Position numbers and translations under genes: made by a program. The notes under the pieces are model-generated. The model searched no databases, had not been told where the DNA came from, and worked only from the letters and a program-made list of their open reading frames with translations. Positions 25,196 to 38,949 of a stretch of DNA of 64,000 nt are shown one piece after another (position 1 is the stretch's first letter; each line of letters opens with the position of its first letter). This DNA comes from Takakia lepidozioides (taxonomy: Eukaryota > Plantae > Bryophyta), in NCBI GenBank assembly GCA_030704615.1, contig CM060733.1, positions 58,156,001 to 58,220,000 of the forward strand. Direction: 5' to 3'.

Positions 25196-26499
25196 CACTA
25201 CTACAGAAACCGTTTTTCGAACACCACCCATAGTTCACACCTGGCACTTTGAACATCTCCTCTTACACCCATGTGAGGTGATCTGGACCATTGTAGGAAA
25301 ACCCACATGGTGTTACAAATTTCACACTCGAATGACACCCATACGGTCAACGGATGTTGACCAAGATAATGCATATGGGGCATTTGACATGAGTGTGAAA
25401 TGAGTCATGGAGTGTGAGGTTAGTGTGAGATGTCCTACAGGAATTTGGGGCAACTATATGGCGTGGCACATTGACCATCCAGGTGGAAGATAGATGGATG
25501 AAATGACTTCCACCTCTATTCAACATGCCTTGGACGACATAACACATAGACTTTTATTTAGAGAATTTAAAAGTTCAAAAAGGTTATTAGGGTTATGGGG
25601 CTGCATGTAGAGGGCTGTGGGACTTGTAGTTTTTCTTTGCCAGCTCGTTTAGAATCTGAATCCCACCAATGCAAGCCATCCATTTAAGTTGATGCCAAAA
25701 TGCATTTTCATCCAAACATCAAAGCTCTCAAAATAGACAACCTCAAGTAAAATGAGAAGGAGATCGGCAGAACCGAAAGGGCATAGAATTCTCTTCAATA
25801 TTGAACACTGCCTGCAACTATTGGCTATAACTTGCCCTCTGTCCTGTCACATATAATGCCTTCGGGAACCAGCAATCCAAAAAGATGCACTGCTCATGCA
25901 GCTGACGACAATATCATTATGAGAATGTCACACTATAATCAACAATGTACAACAATTGCTTTGAGAAGCTATAGATAAAACTACCACATGTCGTCGCAGA
26001 GATTTGTGAGCGCCAAAAATGTCAATCCCATTTCTGTCCAGTCAACCGTGACCCCTCACAATGAGACAGTCTGAAGCTAAGGTGAGCACGAATTTCAATC
26101 TCTACTAGTCCAATCGTACTAGAGAAATATTCAGTGATCCTAAGAAAAGGTTTTTTTCACCACCTTACAAAAATTGTTCCCAATGACTCCCTCCCTGTCC
26201 ACATTGTTGCTTGATGTCGAGAAGCTTGGACAAAGTGCCTTGCTCTTTGTGACTGGCTCCCTTTTTTAGACAACAAGGTTTTTTTTTTACGGGTGTACTT
26301 CACTCACAACCGTCTTTTTTACACTGCGTCCGAGATATCAATGATCACCCCAGCCTGAATTTTGCCCCACCCTATCAATCGCCAGTGTTTTTTAACTAGT
26401 GCTTTTCAACTCGTTTGTTGAAGGCCCCACTTTCTCCCCTATACTGGTACATGTCAAAATCACTCCAAGAGCCATAGTGTTGGAAAACTGCCTTCGCAT

Positions 26500-29120
26500 C
26501 CTTGATGCTCCCACATTTGGCATACATGTCCATGAGGGCACTGTCCAGAATCACAATCAGGTACAATTCCAGCTTTGACAATGAAACCATGGACCTGATC
26601 TTCCCTTTTCCAGAGCTGGCAAGCTTGCCCTTGATGCTCCCACATTTGGCGTACATGTCCACGAGGGCATTGTTCAGAATCACATCAGGTACAATTCCAG
26701 CTTTGACAATGAAACCATGGACCTAGCTTCTCTTTTCCAGAGCTGCCAGGCTTGCCCTTCATGCTGACACATTTGGCATACATGTCCACGAGGGCATTGT
26801 CCAGAATCACATCGGGTATAATTCCAGCTTTGACAATGAAACCATGGACCTCTTCCCTTTTCCAGAGCTGCCAGGCTTGCCCTTGATGCTCCCACATTTG
26901 GCATACATGTCCACAAGGGCATTGTCCAGAATCACAATCAGGTACAATGCAAGCTTTGACAATGAAACCATGGACCTGATCTTCCCTTTTCAAGAGCTGC
27001 CAGGCTTGCCCTTGATGCTCCCACATTTGGTATACATGTCCACGAGGGCATTGTTTAGAATCACATCAAGTACAATTCCAGCTTTGACAATGAAACCATG
27101 GACCTCTTCCCTTTTCCAGAGCTGCCAGGCTTGCCCTTCATGCTGACACATTTGGCATACATGTCCACGAGGGCATTGTCCAGAATCACATCAGGTATAA
27201 TTCCAGCTTTGACAATGAAACCATGGACCTCTTCCCTTTTCCAAAGCTGGCAGGCTTGCCCTTGATGCTCCCACATTTGGCATACATGTCCACGATTGGC
27301 ATACATGTCCACGAGGGCATTGTCCAGAATCACAATCAGGTACAATTCCAGCTTTGACAATGAAACCATCGACCTGATCGGAACCTTTTCCAGAGCTGGC
27401 AGGCTTGCCATTGATGCTCCCACGTTTGGAATACATGTCCACGAGGGCATTGTCCAGAATCACAATCAGGTACAATGCAAGCTTTAACAATGAAACCATG
27501 GACATGATCGGAACCTTTTCCAGAGCTGGCAGGCTTGCCCTTGATGCTCCCACGTTTGGCATACATGTCCACGAGGGCATTGTCCAGAATCACAATCAGG
27601 TACAATGCAAGCTTTGACAATGAAACCATGGACCTGATCTTCTCTTTTCAAGAGCTACCAGGCTTGCCCTTGATGCTCCCACATTTGGCGTACATGTCCA
27701 CGAGGGCATTGTTCAGAATCACATCAGGTACAATTCTAGCTTTGACAATGAAACCATGGTCCTCTTCCATTGTCCAGAGCTGCCAGGCTTGCCCTTCATG
27801 CTGACACATTTGGCATACATGTCCACGAGGGCATTGTCCAGAATCACATCAGGTATAATTCCAGCTTTGACAATGAAACCATGGACCTCTTCCCTTTTCC
27901 AGAGCTGCCAGGCTTGCCCTTGATGAGGGCATTGTCCAGAATCACAATCAGGTACAATTCCAGCTTTGACAATGAAACCATGGACCTGATCAGAACCTTT
28001 TCCAGAGCTGGCAGGCTTGCCATTGATGCTCCCACCATGTTCACGAGGGCATTGTCCATAATCACAATCAGGTACAATGCAAGCTTTGACAATGAAACCA
28101 TAGGCCTGATCTTCCCTTTTCCAGAGCTGGCAGGCTTGCCCTTGATGCTCCCACATTTGGCATACATGTCCACGAGGGCATTGTCCAGAATCACAATCAG
28201 GTACAATTCCAGCTTAGACAATGAAACCACGGACCTAATCTTCCCTTTTTGAGAGCTGGCAGGCTTGCCCTTGATGCTCCCACATTTGGTATCCCTAAAC
28301 CATGGACCTAATCTTCTCTTTTCCAGAGCTTCCAGGCTTGCCCTTCATGCTAACACATTTGGCATACATGTCCACGAGGGCATTGTCCAGAATCACATTA
28401 GGTACAATTCCAGCTTTGACAATGAAACCATGGACCCGATCTTCCCTTTTCCAGAGCTGCCAAGCTTGCCATGCTGACACATTTGGCATACATGTCCACG
28501 AGGGCATTGTCCAGAATCACATCAGGTATAATTCCAGCTTTGACAATGAAACCATGGACCTCTTCCCTTTTCCAGAGCTGCCAGGCTTGCCCTTGATGCT
28601 CCCACATTTGGCATACATGTCCACGATTGGCATACTTGTCCACGAGGGCATTGTCCACAATCACAATCAGGTACAATTCCAGCTTTGACAATGAAACCAT
28701 CGACCTGATCTTCCCTTTTCCAGAACTGCCAGGCTTGCCCTTGATGCTCCCACATTTGGCATATATATCCACGAGGGCATTGTTCCGAATCACATCAGGT
28801 ACAATTCCAGCTTTGACAATGAAACCATGGACCTAATCTTCCCTTTTCCAGAGCTGCCAGGCTTGCCCTTGATGCTCCCACGTTTGGCATACATATCCAC
28901 GAGGGCATTGTCCAGAATCACAATCAGGTACAATGCAAGCTTTGACAATGAAACCATGGACCCGATCTTCCCGTTTCCAGAGCTGGCAGGCTTGCCCTTG
29001 ATGCTCCCACATTTGGCATACATGTCCACAAGGGCATTGTTCATAATCACATCAGATACAATTCCAGCTTTGACAATGAAACCATGGACCTCTTCCCTTT
29101 TCCAGAGCTGCCAGGCTTGC
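26500..29120 (-). repeat. PPR-derived tandem array, about 21 units of mostly 125-130 bp
   Basis: ACATTTGG/ACGTTTGG anchor at 26513, 26642, 26769, 26894, 27023, 27148, 27273 ... 29009; unit encodes pieces of VHGFIVKAGI and NALVDMYAKCGSI with frameshifts. Confidence 0.93.
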
Positions 29121-29840
29121 ACACGCACTGCAAACGCACACAAATGTGTTGTGGTCGGGCTTCATCCCTTCCCCCATCATTTGGTCATGATAGGTCTCCA
29201 AAGGCTCCATCCCACTTCAGTGTTGTGCACATCCTGCAAGCATCGCGCTCCTCGACACCACATCTTGTTCAGCCATAGTGTTGAACACTCCCTCCGCATC
29301 CTCAATGCTCTCACATATATTTGGCATACATGTCCACGAGGGCATTGTTCAGAATCGCATCTGTGACAATTCCAGCTTTGGTGATGCAACCATGCACCAC
29401 TTTGCCTTTTTGCAAGCTGCCAGACTTGCACACGCACTGCAAACGTACAATCTTGTTCAGCCATAGTGTTGAACACTCCTTTTGCATCCTCAATGTTCCC
29501 ACATTTGGCATACATGTGTCCACCAAAGCAGTCATGTTCAGGATGACATCTGGTACAATTGCAAATTGTCACGATGGATCTCTTTGCCCTTTTCCAGGGC
29601 TGCCAGGCTCCCACACTCACTGCCAACACACACAAATGTTATGTGGTCGGGCTTCACCCTTCCCCCATCATTTGCTCATAGGTCTCCAAAGCCTCCATCC
29701 CATGCCCCTGCAAGCATCGCACTCCACGACACCACATCTCGTTTAGCCATAGTGTTGAACACTCCCTTGGCATCCTCGATGCACCCACATTTGGCATATA
29801 TTTCCACCAGGGCAGTGTTCAGAATGACATCTGGTAATCT
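29121..29840 (-). pseudogene. Captured PLS-class pentatricopeptide repeat gene fragment
   Basis: GKVVHGCITKAGIVTDAILNNALVDMYAK and MYAKCGNIEDAKGVFNTMAEQD; many frameshifts. Confidence 0.85.
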
Positions 29841-30696
29841 GCCAAGCATTCACCTTTTTGCCTCAGTTGTCCCACCATTGACTGGATCAGAAAAGTATTC
29901 ATTCCACACCTTCTCATCATCTCTTGTACCTGTTTTGGGATACTTTCATGTTGTCACATTGGCAGTATCATGTCAAAGTCAGTCCAATCTATCAAAGATT
30001 CACTCAACCAGCTAACTTGCATAATTCAACATGGAAATTTAGGGCCGATTCTGATAAGAGGGAAAAACATGGTGAAATGTGTTGAAGAAGGTGCCCTCAT
30101 CGCCTTTACCAATTGTGCCGCTGCTGCTGCGGCTTCCAATTGACCATCTACCCATGCAGGTTTCTTGTAGCTATCCTTCCACAAGGAATCATAGGCAATG
30201 TTGTGCTTGAAATGTGGCCCTCTTGGATGAATCTGGACCCACACTCTATCCCTGCTCCTTCAGCTATCCATGCCTCTCACAAAATCATGCATACATCTTT
30301 GCCTTGCTGGTAGCAACTGACAATAACAGTCTACATTTGTTCTAGGAAACACCCAACTCAACTTCTCACACTAGTTCATATGCTCAATTGCATCTGCTAC
30401 TCTCTACATGCATTCACCTTTTTGCCACAATTGGGCCACCATTGACTAGGGTCAGAAAAGTATGCAGGCCACAACTCCATGACTATTTAGGGTTCACTGT
30501 CACAAATGAAAGTGTGTTTGTCAAAATTCTGCTCACCCCAACAGCTCAGTCACTCCCACCCATGCAAGGTACCATGTTGTATCAAGTCTAAACCCTGGAA
30601 AAATACATGCAATAGCATAAACTAACTCTAGACCATAGCACAACTGGCCTGGTACCTCCCATGTGGAGCTTGCCTCCGCCTTCTACCATTTCGCCT

Positions 30697-32803
30697 CTAC
30701 CTTGCAGGTGCATTCAAGTTGGCAATGGCCAATTCATCTGCCTCACTGAAAGGAACACAAACAGCAAGCTTAGTCATGATGTTATGAGGAATTTCAGGAG
30801 GCACCATGCCTACATAAGTGTCTCCCTCACCCAGTGCCACTTCGGTAATATCGTGAACCACTCGTCGGGATCGAGGGTCCTTGTGAAGGACCACCTTCCA
30901 GTTCCCTCGTGAACTTTTTTCATCCGAGAAAAAAACTTGCTCCACCTGACTAGGGAATGTCCAGGGCTGCTCCATCCGAGGTAACATGCGACTGAAGTCA
31001 ATCAAGAGAAAGCCATAATCATCTTGTTTCATGGTGGCATTCCGGCCCACCATGTGTGACCTCACCCATCTACACAAGAACAGAACTAGGTGAAGAATTC
31101 CGTAATCCAGTTGAATTATTTCTCTTACAACACCCACATATTCCAATTGGGATAACACTCATCTAGACATACCTGCTCTGTTTTCGCTTTCCTGATGGAA
31201 TACTTGAGCAACTCCAGAATAAAATGTCACCCTGTCTGTGGCGCCAATCCCATCACGTATTGCTCGAAAGTGATTGCCGCAAGCATACATGGACTTGAAG
31301 CCCAAGGACTGTACTGCTGGTGGTATACATAAATGGCATATGTCCAAATCATAGGACTCACCTGAACTCACCTTGCATTGGACAGCACCTTCAATCCATT
31401 CATGGAATGGAGCCAATAAGCGCATATCTGTTGGGTATGGAATTTCTCCATTGTGGTGGTCTTGGTCTTGTCCACAAAGGAATGTTGTTCTGAACTCAGT
31501 GCGGGATGCTTCTATGAGTGCCATCTCCTCTTCATAGGCCCTGTCCAAATGAGAATTTCAAATTAGGATTACAGCTTATACCATTGGCAGAAATGAAACA
31601 CACAGGATATGATAAGCAACATACTTACTCAAGGAATGGTTTCATGCAATCTGTGTTGTGCAAAATATACTCGTGTGCACTGTCTCGTTCTTGAATGGTG
31701 AGGACTCGTACACTTCCCAATCCTTGAACCACCTCCCCACTAACTGAGTCTTCTTCATTGGAGTCCCACACCCTTCGGCTTGTAGCATGAAATTCAGCCA
31801 TATACTCAGTTAGAAACCCTAGGGCCTCATCCAAAGCATACCCTTCCGCCATGCTCCCTTCAAGTCGGCTCATATTCCTTACATAGCCTTTTAATGTCTT
31901 CATATACCGTTATACATCCAACGGCTAGACACGGGACCACACACCTCCAATTCGTCCACAAGGTGTACAAGCAAGTGAGTCATGATATCAAAAAATGATG
32001 GAGGGAATTCTTTCTCCAGCAGACACATAGTGATTGCAACATCTTCTTTTAAGGCCGGTAGCTCAGTTGGATTAATGATCTTTGCACACACTTTTCGGAA
32101 GACTCGAGAAAGCCTCATAATTGCCATCCGTGGACCCTTTCCCAATACCCCTCGAATGCAAAGAGGTAAAATTTGCTGCATCATTACATGGTAGTCATGG
32201 GTTTTCATTGTAGACAGTTTATTGTCAGCCACATGTTTCTGGAATGTGGCAGCATAACCTGTGGGGGCCTTTACTGCAGCCAATGTTTCCAAAAACAACA
32301 CCTTCTCATCTTCAGTAAGAACATATGGGGCCAAAGGCTTCACCAACTTGTTCGGGTGAGAGGGATGGGGTCTCAACCACAAGTGTTCACGAATGACATT
32401 GAGTTCCATATCCTTCCTAGATGTGGTTGTGTCCTTCTCCCAAGAATGGTTCTCAGCACATTCTCACACAATTTTTTTTCACAATGCATCACATCCAGTG
32501 TGTATCGGATGAGTAAGTCTTTCCAGTATGGCAATTGATTCAAAACAGTGACCCGTTTCATGCCATGTTCCTTTGAAGGGTCCTGTTTTCCCCCCTCAAC
32601 CTCTCCCATTGCGAGATACAACTCTCTGGCTATAGCCCGGTCAAATTGCTCACTTGCAGTGACCACCATAGGAGCTGCTCTATGTTCCACATGTCCATTA
32701 AAGTGGGACGAGTTATTCCTATAGGGATGAACAACAGGCAAGTATCTCCTATGACCAAGATACAAAACTTTTTTGCATGCCTTGGAGTACCTGGCAGTGT
32801 GCT
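30697..32803 (-). pseudogene. CACTA transposase (TnpD/Tnp2) C-terminal part, DUF4218/DUF4216-like
   Basis: YLGHRRYLP..HPYR, MKTHDYHVMMQQILP, CLLEKEFPPSFFDIMTHLLVHL..E..VCGPV..RWMY, EGSMAEGY, YVGVVREIIQLDY, PWTFPSQVEQVFF; intron at about 31541-31628; frameshifts; 5'-truncated. Confidence 0.92.
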
Positions 32804-33066
32804 ATGCTAGTCATTTACACTTGCAAGTTTGTTGCAATCACAGGAGAAGGAGACTGGACGTACACCAAGTTTGCAGGACATCGCCGGTAGCGCCAGGAAT
32901 GACAAAGGCTACGGGTCGGGGTGTACAGGCAGTGAAGCCACAACAGTATATAAACTCAGTACCAATTCTGGTGTGAATTACATATTCATGATTTCCATGC
33001 CATTGCTAGTTGCCGTTTGGTTCTCTTTTCTTACTAGTTCATCAGTCAGTGTAGTGAATTGTTACT

Positions 33067-35199
33067 TTGGAGGTGTTCTATGTGTTGGGGCAGGGAATTG
33101 GTTCACTAGCAGCTCGCCTCGATGCTATGGAAAACAAACAAGTGCAGATGGAAGCCAGCTCCAAGGCAGCTTTGGAAGCAGTCCAAGTCCAACTGGAGGC
33201 AGCAGCTGCATTCAACCTTGCGCTCGCAGCTAAACTTGGCATGAATGTGCCAGATTCACAGCCTACAGGTCCACCATGCACCACCTTTGCGCCACAGACA
33301 ACAAATGAGACTATTTCTCATGTTATGGGCTCACCACTCAACCTGTTCAAGGCAGTTTCTTCACCGCCACCAAAGCCAAACACAATAGGCTCATTGTTTG
33401 GGCTTTCAGAAATGGAGGGGGATGATGACATGGAGGGTTGGTCTAAAGGTGAACTCAATCCATCCCCCCATATTGTTGAGGCAACTGCAAAGTGTTCATC
33501 AGTTTTGTTGCCCCCTACACCAGTAGCACTACCGGCATATGTACTACCCTCTCAATATGCCTGTGAGGTCTCCATGAATTTGCAGAGTGCCCCACAGAAA
33601 GGTGTGTCTCTTGTACATGATAATCATGTACAAGTTGTAGGTAATTGCCCTTCGGCAACTGAGAGGCAGAAACACATCCTTATACTTGACTTGAATGGAT
33701 TGTTATGTGAGAGCAGACTACGAACAAGGGAATACCTAGAGCCCACTGTCACCTCCAGACCTGGGTGTCAGGAGTTTTTGGACCGATGCCTTCAGATTTT
33801 TGATGTAGGTGTATGGTCTTCCATGTCATTGAGTAATGTCCTTCCAGTTGTGAAAGCTTTGTTTCGTGGGAAGCAACCAAAGATGGTGCTTCACCAAGAC
33901 TATTGTGACCAGCCTGTGGGAATGGTGGACCCTTTCAATCCTTCTAAAACTGTCATGTACAAGAACTTATGTAAGTTTTGGAAGGACTACAACCATTACA
34001 ATCCAACCAATACTTTGTTGGTGGACGATTCTCCACTCACTTGCTTACCCAACCCTGCAAATAATTGCATCTTCCCGTATCCATGGAAGTTGAGGGATCA
34101 GCCAAACTGCAAAAGGCTTATGAAAGAATTACTGCCTTGGTTAGAGGGTGTATCCAAGGCTGCACACATCCCTGAGTATGTGTCAGGGCACCCATACAGA
34201 TATGGGCAGCCCAACTACTTGTTCAATACTGCAGCCATGGGTAGTGGATCACAACAATCTGCAAAGGCATCTGAACTAGGGCTTCCTGCTGCCAGAGTTC
34301 CAACGACTTTGCCTCCCGATGCAACAACAAAGCATAATCAAAGAAAGGTGAGAGCAAAAGTTTCAATGCTTGGGCACGTGGGTGGATTTGTATTGTTAAT
34401 GCTACTTCACAATGTGTGTCATTCGTGCTATTCTCATTTTTTTTATCGTTGTGTCATTCAATATACAGATGGTGAAACCAGTGAAGCGTTCAATGGGCAG
34501 GGAGAGTACACTATGTGCGATCAATCAGACTACAACCATAGTGGATCTAACTGAACCACAGGGTGACCAACAAAATCCGCACAGTGTAAGTACTTCATTT
34601 GTGCAATTTTGTTTCCTTGTCTGATGCTGGATCAATACACCCCCTATGTATCGCCACATAGCTGCAGGCCCAACAACCTACAAAGGTAGTTTTGTGACAT
34701 CGTCCTACCACATCCATGTTGACCATGCATAACCTACTATCAACTAGGTATGGAACCGTTCCAGCTTTGATCATGTCAGCATGGAGTATAGAGACAAGCA
34801 AATGCAATTCAGAATTGGAAGTACTGCAATAGGTAGGGTTGGGGTGTTTGCTGGAAGAACTTCAATGTCATTTTGCAGGAGTGCCAAGCTGTCAGTCTCT
34901 GTTCTCCAGGGTTCATTTCTGATATAGGAATCTGGTTTTTGTTGCAGTTTCAGATCAGCGACAAGGTGTTATTGTTTGATCCTTGTGCACCAAAAATAAG
35001 GGCAGGTGTGGGATATATTGCTGGCTTTCTGAAAGCAAATGTGCTAGACAACTATTACCGTATCCATGTGAAATCGGTCATGATTTCAGAGGTTGTGTTG
35101 TCGTACCCGGACTACTCTGTTACCCCTAATCATACCACATTGGGTGACACGCAAGGAAGTTCCACCTTATGGTCTGAAAAGTTTCTTAAACACGCGTGA
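33067..35199 (+). CDS. CACTA ORF2 (TnpA-like) gene containing an FCP1/NIF-type HAD phosphatase domain; 5' end disrupted
   Basis: 495-codon open frame with ILILDLNGLL (Asp at 33688), RPGCQEFL, DVGVWSS, KNLCKFW, NTLLVDDSP; probable further exons about 34470-34586 and 34948-35199, the last resembling the Tnp1/EnSpm C-terminal domain (YRIHVKSV...YP...TLGDTQGSSTLW). Confidence 0.7.
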
Positions 35200-36087
35200 T
35201 ATTGAAGGTGCTACAAGTTTAGTTTAGTTTTCTTTATGGATTGAGGGTTGCTGAGACAGGTGAACAAAACAGCTCTTCTCACATGAACAATATTTTTTGA
35301 ATTGATGCTCTTGCTATTCTCATGTACGCTGGTTGTTTGCTATATTTAATATTAATAACATTACTACTGGTCAATGTGGTTAATAATACAATTATTATCC
35401 CTGTTTTAAATAAGCTTTTGTTTAAATGAAACAAACCAAATAAAAAATCTAAAATAATAATATATTACATATTAAATCAAGCAGCCAATGGCTTTTGGGG
35501 TGCTATCCCATTTATTATAAGAATAATAATATAATATAATAATATGACTATTCATTTTGGCATTTGTCAACAAATAATAATTGTTTATTTTTTGTCCAAT
35601 ATGAACAAAACAGTGGATGTGACAGTATTCACATTAGTGTCATTGCGATCACACCACGACTTGAACCTGGTGTTAAATCTGTGTGAGAGAATCCGTAAGA
35701 AGAGCCCTTAATATCTATTATTTATTTAATAATTCTGATGGATTCTATTACGTGACATTCCCTTTGACATACATGTGGCAGACATGGTGACAACGAGGTG
35801 TAATAAGTACCGTAGAAAGACCATTAAGATTACTTAGTCAAAATAGTAGTTGACTAACTAGTCAAAACGGTCGTCAAAATATCCGTCAAAAGAGCCACCT
35901 AAACCTACTGCCACATCAGGTGCAAGTTTGGTGTGAGAGTGGTTTTTTTCACAGGACCAAGAAAGTTCACATGTAGTGCAAAGGACTAGGTTAACCTAAC
36001 ACCAAGGGGGGGTGTGAACTTGGGCTCTTTTTACACCAAAATGTGTGAGAAGAGCCGTTAAAAAAACCGGTTTCTGTATTAGTGATT

Positions 36088-38677
36088 ACGGCAACAATCC
36101 ATGCATGAATGTCTTAACTTGTCTGTGAAAAGACAGTTGGATAAAAAATGGGCGCAGTTTTTCTTCGAGACCAACATACCATTTAAAATGGTAAGGCTTC
36201 CGACATTTGTTTCTGCCGTTAGAGCAACCTCGGAGTCTAGATCCACGTACGTACCTCCGACTTATCACAATCTCCACACATGATTGCTAGAAGACGTCAT
36301 GACCGAGCTTACCCAAAAGGTCAACGATAGGACAGGCAAGTGCATCAGAAAATATGGAAGCACTATATGTGCCGATGGTTGGAGTTCTGTTACAAACAGA
36401 CCATTGTTCAATGTCATGCTCGTATGTCCAGCTGAGGAACAATTCTTAGGATCGATCGACATTAGCGGCGAGAAGAAAGATGGATGTTATTAATACCAAC
36501 TATTGACGGACTTCATCGAATAGGTCGGAAGTGATAGAATCGTGTAAATATGCACAGACAATGTTGCTAACATGAGAAACACTGCAGACATGTTGTTGGC
36601 ACGTTATCCCCATATGTACTATCAAGGTTGTGCTGCTCATATCCTTGACCTCTTTTTGGAAGATTGGGGAAAAGAACAGTGGGTGAAACAACTTGTCAAG
36701 CGAGCGAAGACCGTTGTGTTGTTCATCCGCACACTCCACATCCCTTTGGCAATATATAGGAGGCACGAACCCAAATACAGCCTCCGGAATCCAAACAAAA
36801 CTCGTTTTGCCACTAACTTCTTGATGGTGGATCGGTTGGTGACGGTGAAGAGCAATCTGGAGCACACCATCATCGATCATCAATGGGATGTGTACACACG
36901 GACATTGCGGGACTCCAAAAAAGACAAGTCATTGGGCAAAAGTCGAAAAGTTCGGAACAGCATTCGCAGCGATGATTTCTGGAAGAAATGTGAAAACTTT
37001 GTTTGTATAGTAGAGCTGGTGTTAATCGTCTTGCGGGAGTTTGATAGAAAACAACCAGTAATGGGCAAAGCATGGTTACTAATGCAAAATCTTAATAAGC
37101 ACGTCCAATCCCTAAGGCATCCTCCTTCTCCTTGGAACTTGAACTTGCGGACAGTGCTTCGGATACATTTCACGACCGTCGTTCGATGGTTCGAACAGAC
37201 TTGCATTATGCGGGGGCTTTGCTCAATCCATTCTTGTTCGACAATACCATGCTTCAAGACGACGCTGATGCCAAGGCCGAGTTTGTGCGAGTGCTCATGC
37301 GACTGGCTCCGCCGAACATGGCAGAGATAGCTATATCTGAGTACCAATGCTTCTCAGAATTCATGACCCTTTTGATGACATGTCGGATCCAAAAGAGCTC
37401 AATATATTGCCACATGAATGGTGGGATTTGATTGGAGCTGGAGCAAGAACATTGGCTCCCATTGTGAAGCGTATTCTTGCCCAAATGTATTATGCCTCAT
37501 CTTGCGAATGCAATTGGAGCAGTTACTCATTTATTCACAACAAGATTCGCAACAGGTTGAATCATGCGAGGGCTGACAAATTGGTGTATGTGTATACCAA
37601 TTGCTAACTGTTACGTGAGAAGGCAGTGGATGATGCTGCAGCATGGTATGAGAGGAATTTGCATTCCGAAGACTCTGAATCTGAAGTAGATTCGATGAGT
37701 AACGATACTGAGCCTAAGAGGGAATCATCTCAGAGGGAGTTATCTGTCTCCGATAATGAAGATGGATCCGATGATGCTCCCGAAAATGCGTATGACTTGA
37801 AGGATGTTTATATCCAGCCGACCTTTGATGACCTTCTTAAGGAAGTACGTATCGCAGATGAAGGTGAAGCTACAATTGTGTCATCCCTACAACATGGTCC
37901 TCAAAATGAAGTTGGGGTCGACCTTCAATGGAGCTTAAGGATGATAAACTTCAAGGACGACGTACGCAACCCCGTTCATACAAACAATGGTGCCGAACAC
38001 ATTGTACAGTCGACGGGACGGGAACATGTCTCACCGATATGACCAGCTCCACCACAATGCCAAAACTGATCCAGCTTCTCTTCAACACAGCGGACATTAA
38101 GGAGAAACATAGTTGATCTGTTTTCCGCATGCACGCATCATTCTGCTGCATTGGACCGGGCGGAAGTTGAAGCCTCGGATGATGACAATCTATCACTACA
38201 ATTCCACCTTAACCGACGTGTTGCGCAGCAGACCTGTAGTTCCTCACATGCCGGACCATCTAATGTCGGTCCATCTCGGGCAGACCCCCCTCCGGTACCT
38301 CCTTCGAGACCACCTTCGATTGCGTCCCAAGTCCATAAACGACAAAGAACAGTCTAATTACCAATGACTCATGTCCCAAGCAAAGCCATATCAAACAACA
38401 ACTCTAGTGATGTATAGGCGATCGGCCTACAAACAGCCCAGATACCGTGGATGGTATTCAAGACCGGAGTGGGATTCGACCTCAGATAGAACTAAATGTG
38501 GTTCAAGGTCGCTTGCAGATTCAAAGGCTTGGACATATGAAGTCGGATATGGAGGACGATTCCAGCAGTGATCATGGAAATAGTAGTGAAGTCGAGGGTG
38601 ATTCGGATTTTCAGCCCATCGGAGCATCAGGTTTAGGATCTTCTTCGTCCCGCCGTCGAAGCAGTAGAAGGAATTGA
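36088..38677 (+). pseudogene. hAT transposase (DUF659-like plus hATC dimerisation domain, acidic tail)
   Basis: FFFETNIPF, TICADGWS, FLGSIDISG, CTDNVANM, CAAHILDLFLED, TRFATNFLM, PHEWW...ASSCECNWSSYSFIHNKIRNRL...KLVYV; stops and frameshifts. Confidence 0.92.
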
Positions 38678-38949
38678 AGCAAAACAGCTATAGGCATGCA
38701 TCAGCACATTTTAGTGGACATGTTTGCATTTCTATAGTGAAGTAATACCAGTGTGATCATTGTCACTAATGAGTATTGGTATTGCTGTTGTGTATGTATT
38801 GGGAAATAAAAGATGTTGTCCATGTGTATACCACCCAAAATATCGGCCAAAGGCACCGTCACTTGCTCATGTTTGTGTTCGGTGATTTGTTTGTCTAATA
38901 AAGAACAATTGTGCCAATGCTTCCAACTCTGCATTCATTTTTATTTTAA

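Larger units (their letters stand above)
25196..36084. mobile_element. CACTA/EnSpm element A (10.9 kb, internally deleted, with cargo)
   Basis: TIRs CACTACTACAGAAACCGTTTTT and AAAAAAACCGGTTTCTGTATTAGTG; 3-bp TSD ATT at 25193-25195 and 36085-36087; contains transposase remnants. Confidence 0.92.

Noticed and set aside
26396-29143. Functional PPR protein ORFs
   Set aside because: Every unit is frameshifted and the period is not 105 bp; the overlapping ORFs are by-products of the satellite.
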